From assembly GCA_038087875.1 (NCBI GenBank), contig CM075994.1, positions 9,860,001 to 9,924,000 on the forward strand: a DNA stretch of 64,000 nt, written 5' to 3'. This document shows, in pieces, positions 49,051 to 63,554 of this stretch (positions within the stretch are counted from its first letter, which is position 1; every line of letters begins with the position of its first letter). Origin of the DNA: Malacoraja senta. Taxonomy: Eukaryota. The notes under the pieces are model-generated. The model was given only the letters and a program-made list of their open reading frames with translations, searched no databases and was not told the DNA's origin. Made by a program: the position numbers and the translations under genes.

Positions 49051-49754
49051 GCACTTGACTTTTGTCCACTTGACTTCTGTCCCTTTGCACTTGACCTTTG
49101 TCCACTTGACTTGTGTCCACTTGACTTGTGTCCACTTGACTTTTGTCCACTTGACTTTTGTCCCTTTGCCCTTGACCTTTTTCCACTTGACTTTTGTCCC
49201 TTTGCACTTGACTTTTGTCCACTTGACCTTTTTCCACTTGACTTTTGTCACTTTCCACTTGACTTTTGTCCTTTGAGGGACTCTCTGCCCTCTTTAGTTC
49301 AGGCTCCTTGCCTCTGGATGCCCTTGGAGGTTTTGGCGAGAAATGAGCCATTAATGCCTCCTTACACTCCTCGTACGTTTTATCCGTGGGCTTTGCTGGC
49401 CGCAGCAACGTACGTAAGGTGTGATAACCCTCTCTTCCTGAGCCTAATATGAACCATGCTCTCTTCTCCTCTAGAGTGATATCATTGGAAATGAAAGAAC
49501 CCTCCAAGACTTCAGTCCATTTCTCAAAATTACACCCAGAATCTAACTGGGGCAACTTTCCTACAATTTGAAAAGCCACGTTACCCTGTTGCTATTCAGG
49601 TGCACTATATTCTGTTCGCTCACTGTGTTTTCTGCCCTGAACGTAATCCTTTTACATTCTTAGAAATTATCCAGCCCACTGACTATTACTAATTCTTATA
49701 ATAATAGATTTATACTAATAAACCAACATTTCATGTTAATAGCCAACTAGAACA

Positions 49755-51628
49755 TTTTTTTTAAATATTTATTTTATTAGAAGCAATTGTACAAGAATAA
49801 AGCAATCGGCATAACAATTATACAATTTTCGTACAGCTTCAGTTTTAACATTTTATAAATTGATACATGAAACGGAAAAAAAAGTTAACAGGAAAGAATG
49901 AAGAAAAAGAAGAAAGATACAAAAAAGAGAGAAGAAAAGACCCCTGAACTGCCAAAGTTCAGGCGAGAAGAGAAAAACAAAGAGAAAAGGAAAAAAACAA
50001 AAAAAGGAGATATGTTGCACTATCCTTCCCTTCCCTGCTCACCCATCTCAAGCATCGGTTTTTAATTTGTGTTCAACCATTCTATTGTTGAAGAAATTCA
50101 GTGAAAGGAGACCATGTTTTGGAGAATTGGTCTGATTTATCAGCCAAAACAAGCCTATTTTTTTTCTAAATGTAGTGTCTAGGTCATTTCAGTAATCCAC
50201 ATCTTCACTGTGGGAACTGTTATCTTTGTCCAGAATTTGAGTATAAGTTTTTCGCAGTTATTAAGCCGTAGTCAAGGAAACGTCTTTGGAATGTCGTTAA
50301 CTTAGAACAGCCCTCTGACATTCCTAAGATTATTAGTTTTGCATCTGACTCCAGTTGAATTTTAAGTGTTTTAGAGATGATATCGAATATTCCCATCCAG
50401 AAATGTTGTATTTTTATACAGGATGCGAAGGAATGGGTTAAGGTAGCTTCTTGGAGGTGACATTTATCACAGATAGAGGAGACAGTTGGGAAGATCTTAT
50501 TCGATTTAGTCTTTGAATAGTATAGCCTGTGCAATATTTTGAATTGTATCAGGCAATGCCTGACATTTAAAGAACAGTAATGTATGTAAAGTAGGCTTTC
50601 CTCCCATATATCTTTTGAAATAGATAAACCCAACTAGTCTTCCCAAGTTCGCCTATACATCTCAGAAGGTGGGTATCAGCATTTAAAAGAGTGTTATAAA
50701 AGTAAGATATCAACTTACTTGTATCGGCATGTCTATTCAGACAATCGTCTAATCTATCTGGACCCATAAAAGGACAATCTTGTGTGTATGTTTTCACATA
50801 ATCTCGGATTTGAAGGTATCTAAAAAGATTGTTTGCTTTCAAATGATATTTCTCCTGTAGTTCTTGAAAATAAAAGAGAGTCCCCTTCTTATAGAGGTCT
50901 CCCACAGTATTAATTCCTAGGTTTTTCCATTGAACAAACACTCTATCTAAAGTAGACGGTTTAAACGAGGGATTGTTAGCAATAGGCAGAAGGAGAGACA
51001 AATTTCTCAGTTTAAGACTTAATTTCAGCTGTTTCCAGATACGCAGGGTACTGTGTATTATCGGATTTAGCTCATAAGTTGATTTATTCAGATGTATTGG
51101 AGATAGAAGAATCGAGCCTATGTTAAAAGGCAAACAATCTTCCCTCTCCATTTGTAACCAATTTACCTGTTGTCATGTGTCGTACAACCAGAAGATTATA
51201 TTTTTAATGTTAGTCGCCCCGTAGTAGAAAAGAAAATTAGGAAGAGCTAATCCTCCGTTTTCTTTGGATTTGCACAAATGTCTTTTATGTATTCTATGGG
51301 TTTTGTAGTCCCAAATGAAATTAATGATAGTAGAATCACATTTTTTTTTTAAACTTTTGGGGAGATATATCGGTATTGATTGAAATAAATATAGGAGTTG
51401 CGGAAGGAAGATCATCTTTACGGCATTTACTCTACCTATAAGGGAAATAGGAAGTGTTTTCCAAAATTGAATGTTGGCATATAGTTTAGTAATTAATGGT
51501 GGGAAATTTGTTTTAAATAGAGAGTGTTTCCTAGTCACGTAAACTCCGAGATATCTAAACTTTCTGAAGGGAAATTTTTGGAATTGAGGTCTTGAGCTTT
51601 TATTGGCATAATTTCACTTTTATTCCAA
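49755..51628 (-). mobile_element. L1-clade LINE 3' portion, copy B
   Basis: Colinear with 21655-23542 and has the same two end points. Confidence 0.9.
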
Positions 51629-52080
51629 TCTATATTACTAAAACTAAGATCTTGAGCACTTTCTGACTTTCTGTTTCGTGGTTTCCGAAAGAACGCCGCC
51701 ACTTACGGCCGTCAAGAGCACCCCTCCGCCGGACTGGACCAGAGGATTTTTCCCATCGATGAAAAATCAGAGGGTTATTAATGTTTTTTTTTAATGTCGC
51801 CATTCTCTATGTGGCCCCCACTGGCGGCAGTGGGGAGGGACTATAAAACCCGGAAGTGTCGTGCCTCACTCAGTCTCTGTGAGATGGAGGAAGCGAGAGG
51901 ATCACGGCTCTCTGAGCTGCAAATAACACTGAACGCATGTCTACTCGACGGTGAGTCTCCTCGATGTGCTTGTAAAGTGTTTGCCAAATTGTCTTGGCTT
52001 TTAAACGTTTGAATCATTCGGTTTACACACTGTATGTTTACCACGTTCTGATGTTACTTGGCATTTTAGTATTGGTTGTG
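51629..52080 (+). mobile_element. Putative Helitron 5' end, copy B
   Basis: A|TCTATATTACTAAAAC at 51629, colinear with 23543 onward. Confidence 0.55.
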
Positions 52081-53003
52081 AGTGTGTATGAGTGTGAGTG
52101 TGTGTGTGTGTGTGTGTATGTGTGTGTGTTTGCAGAAAATGTATTGGTTGTAAAGTGTTTGACAAATTCCCTTGGCTTTTAAAAAGTTTTCAGAAAATGT
52201 ATTGGTTGTGATGTGTTTGCCAAATTGTCTGTCTTGGTTTTTTTAATCGTTTTTGGATGGATAAAGATTGAATAAACATTATATTAGATCAGGACTGTGT
52301 TTAATTGCAAAATTGTTTCTCATCCCGTGACTTCCGCCGTTCGGCGGGTTTCAACGGGCTCGCTAAGCTGGAACCAATGGTAAGTGCTTACCTGCAGTTC
52401 ATCGCGTGTACTCCAGTTGGCGTAGCATAGCAACAGTATGGGTCACGGGTCGTGACCCGACTGCCATGCAACCTCCCTATATGTGAGTGTGTGTGAGTGT
52501 GAGTGTGAGTGTGTGTGTGTGTGTGTGCGAGTCAGTGTGAGTGTGTGTGTCTGTGAATGTGTCTGTGTAAGTGTGAGTGTGAGTGAGTCTGTGTGAGTGA
52601 GTCTGTGTGTGTGAGTCTGTGTGTGTGTCTGTGCGTGTGTGTGTGCGTGTGTGTGTGCGTGTCTGTGTGTGCGTGAGTCTGAGTGAGTCTGTGTCTGTGA
52701 ATGAGTCTGTGTGTGTGTGTCTGTCTGTATGTGCGAGTGTGTCTGAGCGTGTGTGTGTGTGAGAGTCTGTGTCTGTGTGTCTGTGTGTGTGTGCGTGTCT
52801 GAGTCTGTGTGTGTATATGTGTGTGTGTGTGTGTATGTGTGTGAGTCCTTGTGTGAGTGTGTGTGTGTCTGTGTGTGTGTGAGTCTGTGTTCATGAGTGT
52901 GTGTGCGTGAGTGTGAGTCTATCTGTGTGCATCTGTGTGTGTGAGTCTGTGTGTGAGTGTCTGTGTGAGTGTCTGCGTGTGTGTGAGACTGTGTGTGGGA
53001 GAG

Positions 53004-53043
<40 letters not shown>

Positions 53044-53418
53044 CGTGCGTGTGCCTTGGCTTTTAAAAAGTTTTCAGAAAATGGATTGGTTGTAAAGTGT
53101 TTGCCAAATTTCCTGTCTTGGTTTTTTAAATCGTTTTCGGATGGATAAAGTGTGATTAAACATTTTATTAGATCAGGCCTGTGTTTAATTGCAAAATTGG
53201 CCTCATTCCGTGACTTCCGCCTTTCGGCGGGTTTTAACGCTGGAAACAATTATTTTTTTTTTATTTTTATTTTTTTTATTTTTATTTATTAGTACATTAC
53301 ATTACAACCAATTACATTAGTACTCATCACGTGTATCTTATTACAGTTAATGTACTCCGTCATTTTTTACACATAAAAAGGAAAGGTTGAGATTAAGAAA
53401 AAAGAGAAAGTGAAGGAA

Positions 53419-56400
53419 TTTTTTTTTTTTAATTTTTATTTATTAGAAGTACATTACATTACAACCAATTACATTAGTACTCATCACGTGTATCTTATTA
53501 CAGTTAATGTACTCCGTCATTTTTTACACATAAAAAGGAAAGGTTGAGATTAAGAAAAAAGAGAAAGTGAAGGAAAATAGTGAAGGTGTAAAAACGTGAC
53601 AAGAAAGAACAGAGACCCTGCAGAAAAGAAATTAAAAAGAAAGGATTAAGAGATAGACCCTAAAGAAGAAAAAAAAGAGAAAGAGGAAAAAAGAGAAAAA
53701 CAAATAATTTGTTATAAGCATCACGCAAATGGGATATACCAACTCTCCAGCTTTCATCCCCCTTTACCTGACCTCAGTTTTTTTTTAAAGTACTTTTGCA
53801 CCCTATACTTGTAATAATTCTATAAATGCAGACCACGTCAGGTGGAAGTGATCTGGTTTACCTGCCAGGAGGAGTCTTATCTCTTCTAGGTGTAATGTTT
53901 CAAGCATATTTGAAATCCACATGTTTATAGTTGGTATTGGAGCTGTTTTCCAGGATTTTAGGATTAACTTTTTTCCAGTTATTAACCCGTAATCTATTAA
54001 TTTCTTTTGAAACACATTTAGTTCAGGACTATCTTCCGTTGTTCCGAAGATAACCCATTCTGCTTTTGGTATCAGTTTTATTTTAAATAATTTTGTAAAG
54101 ATTTCAAAAATTTCAATCCAAAGTTTTTGAATTTTTGTACAAAAAACAAATGAGTGCGCTATAGTAGCTTCTTGAGATTGACATTTATGACAAATGGATG
54201 ATACATTGGGGAAAATTCTATTAATTTTGTTTTTGAATAATATAATCTATGTAAAATTTTAAATTGTATTAAAGTGTTTCTTACATTAATCGAACATTTA
54301 TGCACGTTTAATAAATGTTCATTCCACCTTTCCTTTGAGATTTTAATAGCTAATTCTTGTTCCCAGTCTCTTCTAATACCTTCCGTAGATGGTATTTCTA
54401 CATTTAAGATAATATTATACAAATATGATATTAAGTTTGCTGATTCAGCTTTTATCTGCATTGCTTCATCCAATACATCTGCTGGGATATTATAATGATC
54501 TTTTGTATATTTTTTCAAATAGTCACATATTTGAAAATATTTAAAATATTGAATATTTCCCAGTTTATATTTTATTTGTAATTGTTGGAATGATAGTAAT
54601 TTTCCAGTTTCATACAATTCACCGAACGTTTTAATTCCTAGTCTATCCCATTGTGTAAAAGATTTGTCTGTAATAGAGGGATTAAACGAAGGGTTATTAA
54701 CTATTGGAGATAAAAGCGATAGATTTCTTAATTTTTAATTTTGTTTTATTTGTTTCCAAGTTCTAATTGTACTATGTATAATTGGGTTTTTGTTATAATT
54801 TATGTTATTCAGTTTCATTGGTGAGAGGAAGATCGCTCCAATATTACCAGAGGAGCAGTCCTCTCTCTCCATTACAATCCAGTCCACTTAATGGGCAGAG
54901 TTGTCCATCAGTTGGATCATATTTTTAATATTTACTGACCAATAATAATACATGAAGTTAGGGAGTGCTAAGCCCCCTAATACTTTAGCTTTGTTCAAGT
55001 GTGTTCTTTGTATTCTATGGAATTTATAATCCCATATAAAATTAATAATGTCTGAGTCCAATTTTTTTTTAAACTTCTTTGGTAGGTATATAGGAATCGA
55101 TTGAAATAGGTATAAAATTTGTGGTAAGAAGATCATTTTTATTGCATATATTCGGCCTATTAAAGACATCGGAAGCGTTTTCCAAAATTTAATTAACGTA
55201 TTTAATTTATTAAGTAGAGGATCATAATTTGCTTTGAACATGCCTTGATATGTTCTGGTGATTTCAATACCCAAGTATTTAAATTTTTCTGTAGCTATTT
55301 TAAAAGGGAATTTTAAAAGATGTGTTGAGTCTTTCGGTTTTATTGACATAATTTCACTTTTATTCCAATTTATTCTGTATCCTGAAAAGGATCCAAAGTC
55401 CTCAATTAGATTTAGTATGGTTGGTATAGTAATTTGAGGTTTTGTAATGTACAATAATATATCATCCGCATATAAAGATATTTTATTATTTGAGTATTTA
55501 GTATTATACCCAAGGATGTGTTCTAATTTGTTCTGCTAAAGGTTCAATTATGAGAGAAAACAACTGTGGTGATAATGAGCATCCTTGTCTGTTTACCCTT
55601 GATAGTTGAAATTTCGAGGATAATATGTTATTAGTTAGTATTCTAGCTGTAGGTTTATTATATAATAATTGAATCCATAAAATAAAATTCTCTCCCAGTT
55701 GGAATTTTTGTAATACTTTATCCATATAATTCCATTCTACTTGGTCAAATGCTTTTTCAGCGTCCAGCGAAATAATTGATAATTCTTGTTCTTCAATTTT
55801 GTGTGAGTGCATTATATTGAGTAGACGTCTCATATTATTAGATGAATATCTCTTAGGGATAAACCCCGTCTGATCTGGGTTTATTAATTTACTAATATAT
55901 TTACTTAATCTTCTAGCTAATGTTTTCGCTAATATTTTTTGATCTGTATTTAACAATGCTATAGCTCTATATGAACCCGGTTCTTCTATATCTTTGTCTT
56001 TTTTAAGTATTAGTGTGATCGTTGATTCAGCTAATGTATCAGGTAATATTTGTTTTTTAAAAGCATATTGATACATTTTTTGTAACCGTGGTATAATTTT
56101 GTCATAAAATCTTTTATAAAATTCATTAGTAAATCCATCAGGACCTGGAGTTTTTCCATTCTTTAATGAATTTATTGTGTCTTCTAATTCCTTGATTGAA
56201 ATTTGTGCACCCAATTCATCTTGTTCCTTCAACTCTAACTTTGGAAGATTACAATTATCCAAGAACTCTGTAATTTTATTGGAGTCCGTTGTCGTTTTAG
56301 ATGTGTACAAATTCTCATAAAATTGCGCAAATCTTTTATTAATATCCTTCGGTATGGTTAGTAATTCCCCTCGATCTGATTTAATCTTTTGGATCGTATG

Positions 56401-56660
56401 TTCTTTTTCTCATTTTTTTTAGCTGACGAGCCAAAAGTTTATGTGGTTTATCCCCAAATTCAAAGTGTTCCTGTTTTGTAATTTGGAAAAGTCTTATAAG
56501 TTTGGCTGATAATAGTTTATTTAATTTAAATTTCAAAATTATTATTTGATTATGTTTATCTATTGATGGATCTTTAGCATTATCTTTATCCATTTGTCTA
56601 ATAAGTTCTTCTAACTGTCTTTGTTCATTCTTATTCTTTTTATTTTGAAAAGCTTGGTAT
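53419..56660 (-). mobile_element. L1-clade LINE a (RT to tail); resumes at 60181-60215 after the nested CR1. A ~170-bp duplicate of its tail lies at 53251-53418
   Basis: ORFs 55504..56310 (PGPDGF, SLDAEKAFD, RQGCSLSP), 54888..55454, 54159..54617 and 53803..54015. Confidence 0.92.
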
Positions 56661-59600
56661 AACCATATAACCATATAACCATAACAGCACGGAAACAGGC
56701 CATCTCGGCCCTTCAAGTCCGTGCCGAACACTTTTTTTAATTTTTTAATTTTATTATTTTTCATTTTATTTTTAATTTACTTCCCCCTAGTCCCATCGAC
56801 CTGCACTCAGACCATAACCCTCCATTCCTTTCCCGTCCATATACCAATCCAATCTATTTTTAAAGGATAACATCGAACCTGCCTCCACCACTTCCACTGG
56901 AAGCTCATTCCACACAGCTACCACTCTCTGAGTAAAGAAGTTCCCCCTAAAGTTACCCCTAAACTTCTGTCCCTTAATTCTCAAGTCATGTCCCCTTGTT
57001 TGAATCTTCCCTACTCTCAATGGGAAAAGCTTATCCACGTCCACTCTGTCTAACCCGCTCATAATTTTAAAGACCTCTATCAAGTCCCCTCTTAACATTC
57101 TGCACTCCAAAGAATAAAGACCTAACTTGTTCAACCTTTCTCTGTAACTTAGTTGCTGAAACCCAAGCAACATTCTAGTAAATCTCCTCTGTACTCTCTC
57201 TATTTTGTTGACATCCTTCCTATAATTAGGCAACCAAAATTGTACTCCATACTCCAGAATTGGCCTCACCAATGCCTTGTACAATTTTAACATTACATCC
57301 CAACTTCTCTATTCAATGCTCTGATTTATAAAGGCCAGCACACCAAAAGCTTTCTTTACCACCCTATCTACATGAGATTCCACCTTCAGGGAACTATGCA
57401 CAGTTATTCCTCGATCCCTCTGTTCAACTGCATTCCTTAATTCGCTACCATTTACCATGTACGTCCTATTTTGATTTGTCCTGCCGAGATGTAGCACCTC
57501 ACATTTTTCAGCATTAAACTCCATCTGCCATCTTTCAGCCCACTCTTCCAAATGGCCTGAATCCCTCTGTAGACTTTGAAAATCTACTTCATTATCCACA
57601 ACACCACCTATCTTAGTATCATCTGCATACTTACTAATCCAATTTTCCACACCATCATCCAGATCATTGATGTACATGCCAAACAATAGTGGACCCAACA
57701 CAGACCCCTGAGGCACCCCACTAGTCACCGGCCTCCAACCTGACAAACAGCCATCCACCATTACTCTCTGGCATCTCCCATTCAGCCACTGTTGAATCCA
57801 TCTTGCCACTCCACCATTAATACCCAACAATTGAATCTTCTTAACCAACCTTCCATGAGGAACCTTGTCAAAGACCTTACTGAAGTCCATATAGACAACA
57901 TCCACTGCTTTACCCTCATCAATTTCCCTAGTAACCTCTTCAAAAAATTCAAGAAGATTAGTCAAGCATGACCTTCCAGGCACAAATCCATGTTGACTGT
58001 TCCTAATCAGACCCTGCTTATCCACATGCTTATATATATTATCTTTAAATATCCTTTCCATTAATTTGCCCACCACTGACGTCAAACCAACAGGCCTATA
58101 ATTGCTAGGTTTACTCTTAGAACCCTTTTTAAACAACGGAACAACATGCGCAGTACGCCAATCCTCCGGCACTATTCCCGTTTCTTTAATTTTTTTTATT
58201 TTTTTTTATTTTTTATTTATTAGAAGTGCATTACATTACAACCAATTACATTAGTACTCGTCACGTATCTCTTATTACAATTAATGTACTCTGTCATTGT
58301 TTACACTAATAAAGGGAAAGGATGAGATTGAGAGAAAGGAGAAAGTGAAGGAAAATAGTGAAAGTGTAAAAAACGTGACAACAAAAGAGAACAAAGTCCC
58401 TATAAGAAAGACATATTTAAAAAAAGAATTAAGAAATAGACCCTAAAAAAGAAGAAAAAAGAGAAAGAGGGAAAACAGAAAAACAAATACTTTGTTAAAA
58501 GCATCACTCAAATGGGATATACCAACTCTCCAGCTTTCATCCCCCCTTACCTGATCTCAGTTTTATTTTTTTAAAGTACTTTTGCACCCTATACTTGTAA
58601 TAATTCTATAAACGCAGACCACGTCAGGTGGAAGTGATCTGGTTTACCTGCCAGGAGGAGTCTTATCTCTTCTAGGTGTAATGTTTCGAACATATTTGAA
58701 ATCCACATGTATATAGTTGGTATTGGAGCGTTTTTGCAGAATTTTAGGATTAACTTTTTCCAGTTATTAACCCATAGTCTATTAATTTCTTTTGGAACAC
58801 ATTTAGTTCTGGACTATCTTCCGTTGTTCCGAAGATAATCCATTCTGCTTTGGGTATCAGTTTTATTTTAAATAATTTTGTAAAGATTTCAAAAATTTCA
58901 ATGCAAAATTTTTGAATTTTTGTACAGAAAACAAATGAATGCGCTATAGTAGCTTCTTGAGATTGGCATTGATCACAAATGGCTATTTCCGTTCTAATGA
59001 CATTTGAACTATTTCTGTCATAGCCCCTGCTATTTCTACACTAACTTCCCTCAATGTCCTAGGGAATATCCTGTCAGGACCTGGAGACTTATCCGTTTTC
59101 ATATTTTTCAAAAGTGTCCGCACCTCCTCTTCTTTGAATCTCATAGTTTCCATTGCTACTCTGCTTGTTTCTCTTACCTCACATAATTCCATATCCTTCC
59201 CCTTGGTGAATACCGAAGAAAAGAAATTGTTCAATATCTCCCCCATCTCTTTTGGCTCTGCAGATAGCTGTCCATTCTGACTCTCTAATGGACCAATTTT
59301 ATTCCTTGTTATCCTTTTGCTATTAATATAGCTGTAGAAACCCTTTGGATTTACTTTCACCTTACTTGCCAAAGCAACCTCATATCTTCTTTTAGCTTTT
59401 CTAATTTCTTTCTTAATATTCTTTTTACATTCTTTATACTCCTCAAGCACCTCATTCACTCCATGCTGCCTATAATAATTGTAGATCTCTCTCTTTTTCC
59501 AAACCAACTGTCCAATTTCCCTTGAAAACCATGGCTCTTTCCAATTTTTACTATTTCCTTTCAACCGAACAGGGACATAAACATTCTGTACTCTTAAAAT

Positions 59601-60180
59601 ATCACCCTTAAATGTCCTCCATTTCTCTTCTACATCCTTCCCATAAAACAACATGTCCCAATTCACTCCTTTTAAATCCTTTCGCATCTCCTCAAAGTTA
59701 GCCTTTCTCCAATCAAAAATCTCAACCCTAGGTCCAGTTCTGACCCTCTCCATAATTATATTGAAACTAATGGTATTGTGATCACTGGACCCGAAGTGCT
59801 CCCCGACGCATACCTCCGCCATCTGCCCTGACTCATTTCCTAACAGGAGGTCCAGCACTGCCCCTTCTCTAGTAGGCACCTCTATGTATTGCTGCAAAAA
59901 ACTATCCTGCACACATTTTACAAACTCCAAACCATCCAGCCCTTTTACAGAATGTGTTTCCCAGTCTATGTGTGGAAAATTGAAATCTCCCACAATCACT
60001 ACCTTGTGCTTACTACTAATATCTGCTATCTCCTTACATATTTGCTCTTCCAATTCTCGCTCCCCATTTGGCGGTCTATAATACACCCCTATAAGTGTTG
60101 CTACACCTTTCCCATTTCTCAGTTCCACCCAAATAGCCTCCCTAGACGAGCCCTCTGATCTATCCTGCCAAAACACTGCT
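56661..60180 (-). mobile_element. CR1 LINE inserted in L1 a and itself split by L1 b
   Basis: ORFs 58983..60287 (VYYRPP, VGDFNFP, SSDHN), 57309..58172 (KYADDTK) and 56787..57293; (ATATGGTT)n tail. Confidence 0.93.
58186..58981 (-). mobile_element. L1 b, short 3' fragment inserted in the CR1
   Basis: Similar to 53419-54200. Flanked by imperfect repeats CTATTCCCGTTTCT and CTATTTCCGTTCT of CR1 sequence. Confidence 0.85.
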
Positions 60181-60234
60181 GAGATTATAACACCTCTACT
60201 AAATGCCTTTACCAAGTCCTGACATCGGTACCTT

Positions 60235-63200
60235 TTTAAAGTACTTTTGCACCTTATGCTTGTAATAGTTCTATAAATGAAGACCACGTCAGATGGAAGT
60301 GATCTGATTTGCCTGCCAGGAGGAGTCTTATCTCTTCCAGGTGTAATGTTTCAAACATGTTTGAAATCCACATGTTTATAGTTGGTATTGGAGCATTTTT
60401 CCAAAATTTTAGGACAAGCTTTTTTCCAGTTATTAACCCGTAATCAAATAGGTTCTTTTGAAACACATTTAGTTCAGGACTATCTTCCGTTGTTCCGAAG
60501 ATAATCCATTCTGCTTTTGGTGTCAGTTTTATTTCAAAAATTTCAATCCAAAATTTTTGAATTTTTGTACAAAAAACAAATGAGTGCGCTATAGTAGCTT
60601 CTTGAGACTGACATTTATCGCAAATAGGTGATACATTATGGAAAATTTTACTAATTTTGGTTTTTGAATAATATAATCTGTGTAAAATTTTGAAGTATTA
60701 AAGTGTGTCTTACATTAATCGAGCATTTATGCACATTTAATAAATGTTCATTCCACCTCTCCTTTGAAATTTTAATAGCTAGTTTTTGTTCCCAGTCTCT
60801 TCTAATACCTTCCGTAGTTGGTATTTCTACATTTAAGATAATATTATACAAATTCGATATTAAGTTTGCTGATTCAGCTTTTATCTGCATTGCTTCGTCC
60901 AATACATCTGGATTATAATTTGCTTTGAACATGCCTTGATATGTTCTGGTAATTTCAATACCCAAGTATTTAAATTTTTCTGTAGCTATTTTAAAAGGGA
61001 ATTTTAAGAGATGTGTTGAGTCTTTCAGTTTTATTGACATAATTTCACTTTTATTCCAATTTATTCTGTATCCAGAAAAGGATCCAAAATCCTCAATTAG
61101 ATTTAATATGTTTTGTATAGTAATTTGTGGTTTTGTGATGTACAATAATATATCATCTGCATATAAAGATATTTTATTATTTGAATATTTAGTGTTATAG
61201 CCATGGATATCTGGATATGTTCTAATTTTTTCCGCTAAAGGTTCAATTATAAGAGCAAATAATGAGCATCCTTGTCTGTTACCCCTTGATAATTGGAATT
61301 TCGAAGATAATATGTTATTAATTAATATTCTAGATGTAGGATTATTATATAATAATTTAATCCATAGAATGAAATTCTCTCCCAATTGGAATTTTTGTAA
61401 TACTTTAACCATATAATTCCATTCTACTTGATCAAATGCTTTTTCAGCATCCAACGAAATAATTGATAATTCTTGTTCTTCGGTTTTGTGTGAGTGCATT
61501 ATATTGAGTAGCCGTCTCATATTATTAGATGAATGTCTCTTAGGGATAAACCCCGTTTGATCTGGGTTTATTAATTTACTAATATATTTACTTAATCTTC
61601 AAGCTAATGTTTTCGCTAATATTTTTTTATCTGTATTTGACAATGCTAAAGCTCTATATGAACCCGGTTCTTCTATATCTTTGTCTTTTTTGAGTATTAA
61701 TGTGATCGTTGATTCAGCTAGTGTATCAGGTAATGTTTGTTCTTTAAAGGCATATTTATACATTTTATTAAACGTTGTATAATTTTGTCATGAAAACTTT
61801 TATAAAATTCATTATTAAATCCGTCAGGACCTGGAGTTTTTCCATTCTTTAATGAATTTATTGAGATTTGTGCACCCAATTCCTCTTGTTCCTTCAACTC
61901 TAACTTTGGAAGATTACAGTTATCCAAGAACTCTGTAATTTTATTGGTGTCCATTGTCATTTTGGATGTGTACAAATTCTCATAAAATTGCGCAAATCTT
62001 TTATTAATATCATTCGGTAAAGTTAATGAATCCCCTCTATCTGATTTAATCTTTTGAATCGTGTGTTCTTTTTCTCGTTTTTTTAGCTGACGAGCCAAAA
62101 GGTTGTGTGGTTTATCCCCAAATTCAAAGTGTTCCTGTCTTGTAATTTGGAAAAGTCCTATAAGTTTGGCTGATAATAATTTATTTAATTTAAATTTCGG
62201 AATTATTATTTTATTATGTTTATCCATAGATGGATCTTTAGCATTATCTATATCCAGTTGCCTAATTTGTTCTTCTAACTGTCTTTGTTCATTCTTATTC
62301 TTTTTATTTTGAAAAGCTTGGTATGAGATTATAACAACTCTAATAAATGCTTTAAAAGATTCCCATAACAAAGTAGGCGATATATCTGGAGTGTCATTTA
62401 TTTCAAACAAGACGTCCATTTGTTTTTTTTAGATATATACTGCCTTGCGGGTCTTTTAGGATTTGAGGATTGAACCTCCAAAACGATTTGTTCTTAGACA
62501 TTCCTTCCAGTTTTAAAAAGAAAGTTAGCTGTGAATGGTCTGAAATCGAGTTGGTATGGTATATTGGGTTCACAGTGTAAGGGATTAATTTTGTATCCAC
62601 CAGGAAATAATCTATACGTGAGTATTTTTTGTGTACCATTGAATAAAACGAGTATTCCCTGCCAGTCGGATTAGCAATTCTCCAAACATCTGTTATATTG
62701 GTATTATTTATGTAAGTAGTTAAAATTCACTAGTTTTAGATTTCGTATTACCTCTCTGTTTTTGACTAGATTTATCTAAATACGGATCTAAAACACAGTT
62801 AAAGTCTGCTCCTATTATAACATTCTGGTAATTAGATTCTGCGATTATGTTCAGGATTTTATTGAAAAAATGAGGATTATCAAAGTTAGGCGCGTATATA
62901 TTTACCAAGGTAATTGGGGTAGCGTGAATCTCTCCAGTAACTATCAAATATCTCCCTTCCTTATCTGTTATGGTATTCTTTGCTTTGAATGGAATGCCTT
63001 TTCGAATAATGATTGACGTACCTCTAGATTTCGAAGTATATGAAGAATGATATATTTGACCTATCCAATTCGCCCTCAATCTAGCCTGATCCTGGGATTT
63101 GAGATGGGTTTCTTGTAGAAAGATGATGTCAGTATTGTACAATTTCAGCTGAGCTAATATCTTACCCCTTTTAATAGGTTCATTAACACCTATTATATTC

Positions 63201-63235
63201 CAACTGCAGAATGTGACTCCTCCTAGGTTCTATTA
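60235..63235 (-). mobile_element. L1 c: nearly whole ORF2 (endonuclease and RT) with an internal deletion near 60910
   Basis: Endonuclease motifs SWNI.G, FLQETHL, NIYAPN, DFN, SRIDY, SDH (62403-63230); RT motif LYADD in ORF 60651..61520; many frameshifts. Confidence 0.92.
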
Positions 63236-63554
63236 TTTAACGTCTTGCATTTTGAATAGTTATAATACCTTTAAATCTTACGGTGCATCCATACCTCAGG
63301 TCTTTAGGTATTGGGGGAACCTTTGCATTACTAAGTTCTGTTGGCATATCCCTTTTACGCTTATCACTAAACAAAAAACACGAACATGTGACTTGATGTG
63401 ATAGTAAAAAAAAAATTGAAAAAGTGAAAATACAGTGTCTAAAATTGTCGACACTGTAACAAGTGGCCCACCTGTAGGTGGGAGAAAACCTTGTATCGAC
63501 TTCCATTGTCGATGTTAAACAATTAGCTCCGCTCCCTTGATTACTCATAACATA

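Larger units (their letters stand above)
47053..49754 (-). mobile_element. Same chimeric LTR element, copy B
   Basis: Colinear with 19055-21654. Gag start is mutated to GTG at 49579, the DKSQV repeat is longer, PPT at 47225-47213, LTR at 47212-47053. Confidence 0.75.
1..53250 (+). repeat. Two diverged tandem copies of a ~25-30 kb segment (A ~1-25450, B ~25450-53250)
   Basis: Same order of Helitron, SINE/CR1, Tx1, Penelope, THAP end, Helitron, TRIM, LTR chimera, L1, Helitron 5' end. TRIM ATGs are 29777 nt apart and the Helitron 5' ends 28086 nt apart. Confidence 0.95.

Noticed and set aside
38851..63235. Intact autonomous LINEs
   Set aside because: Every CR1 and L1 here is truncated or broken by frameshifts and stops; no ORF1 was recognised.
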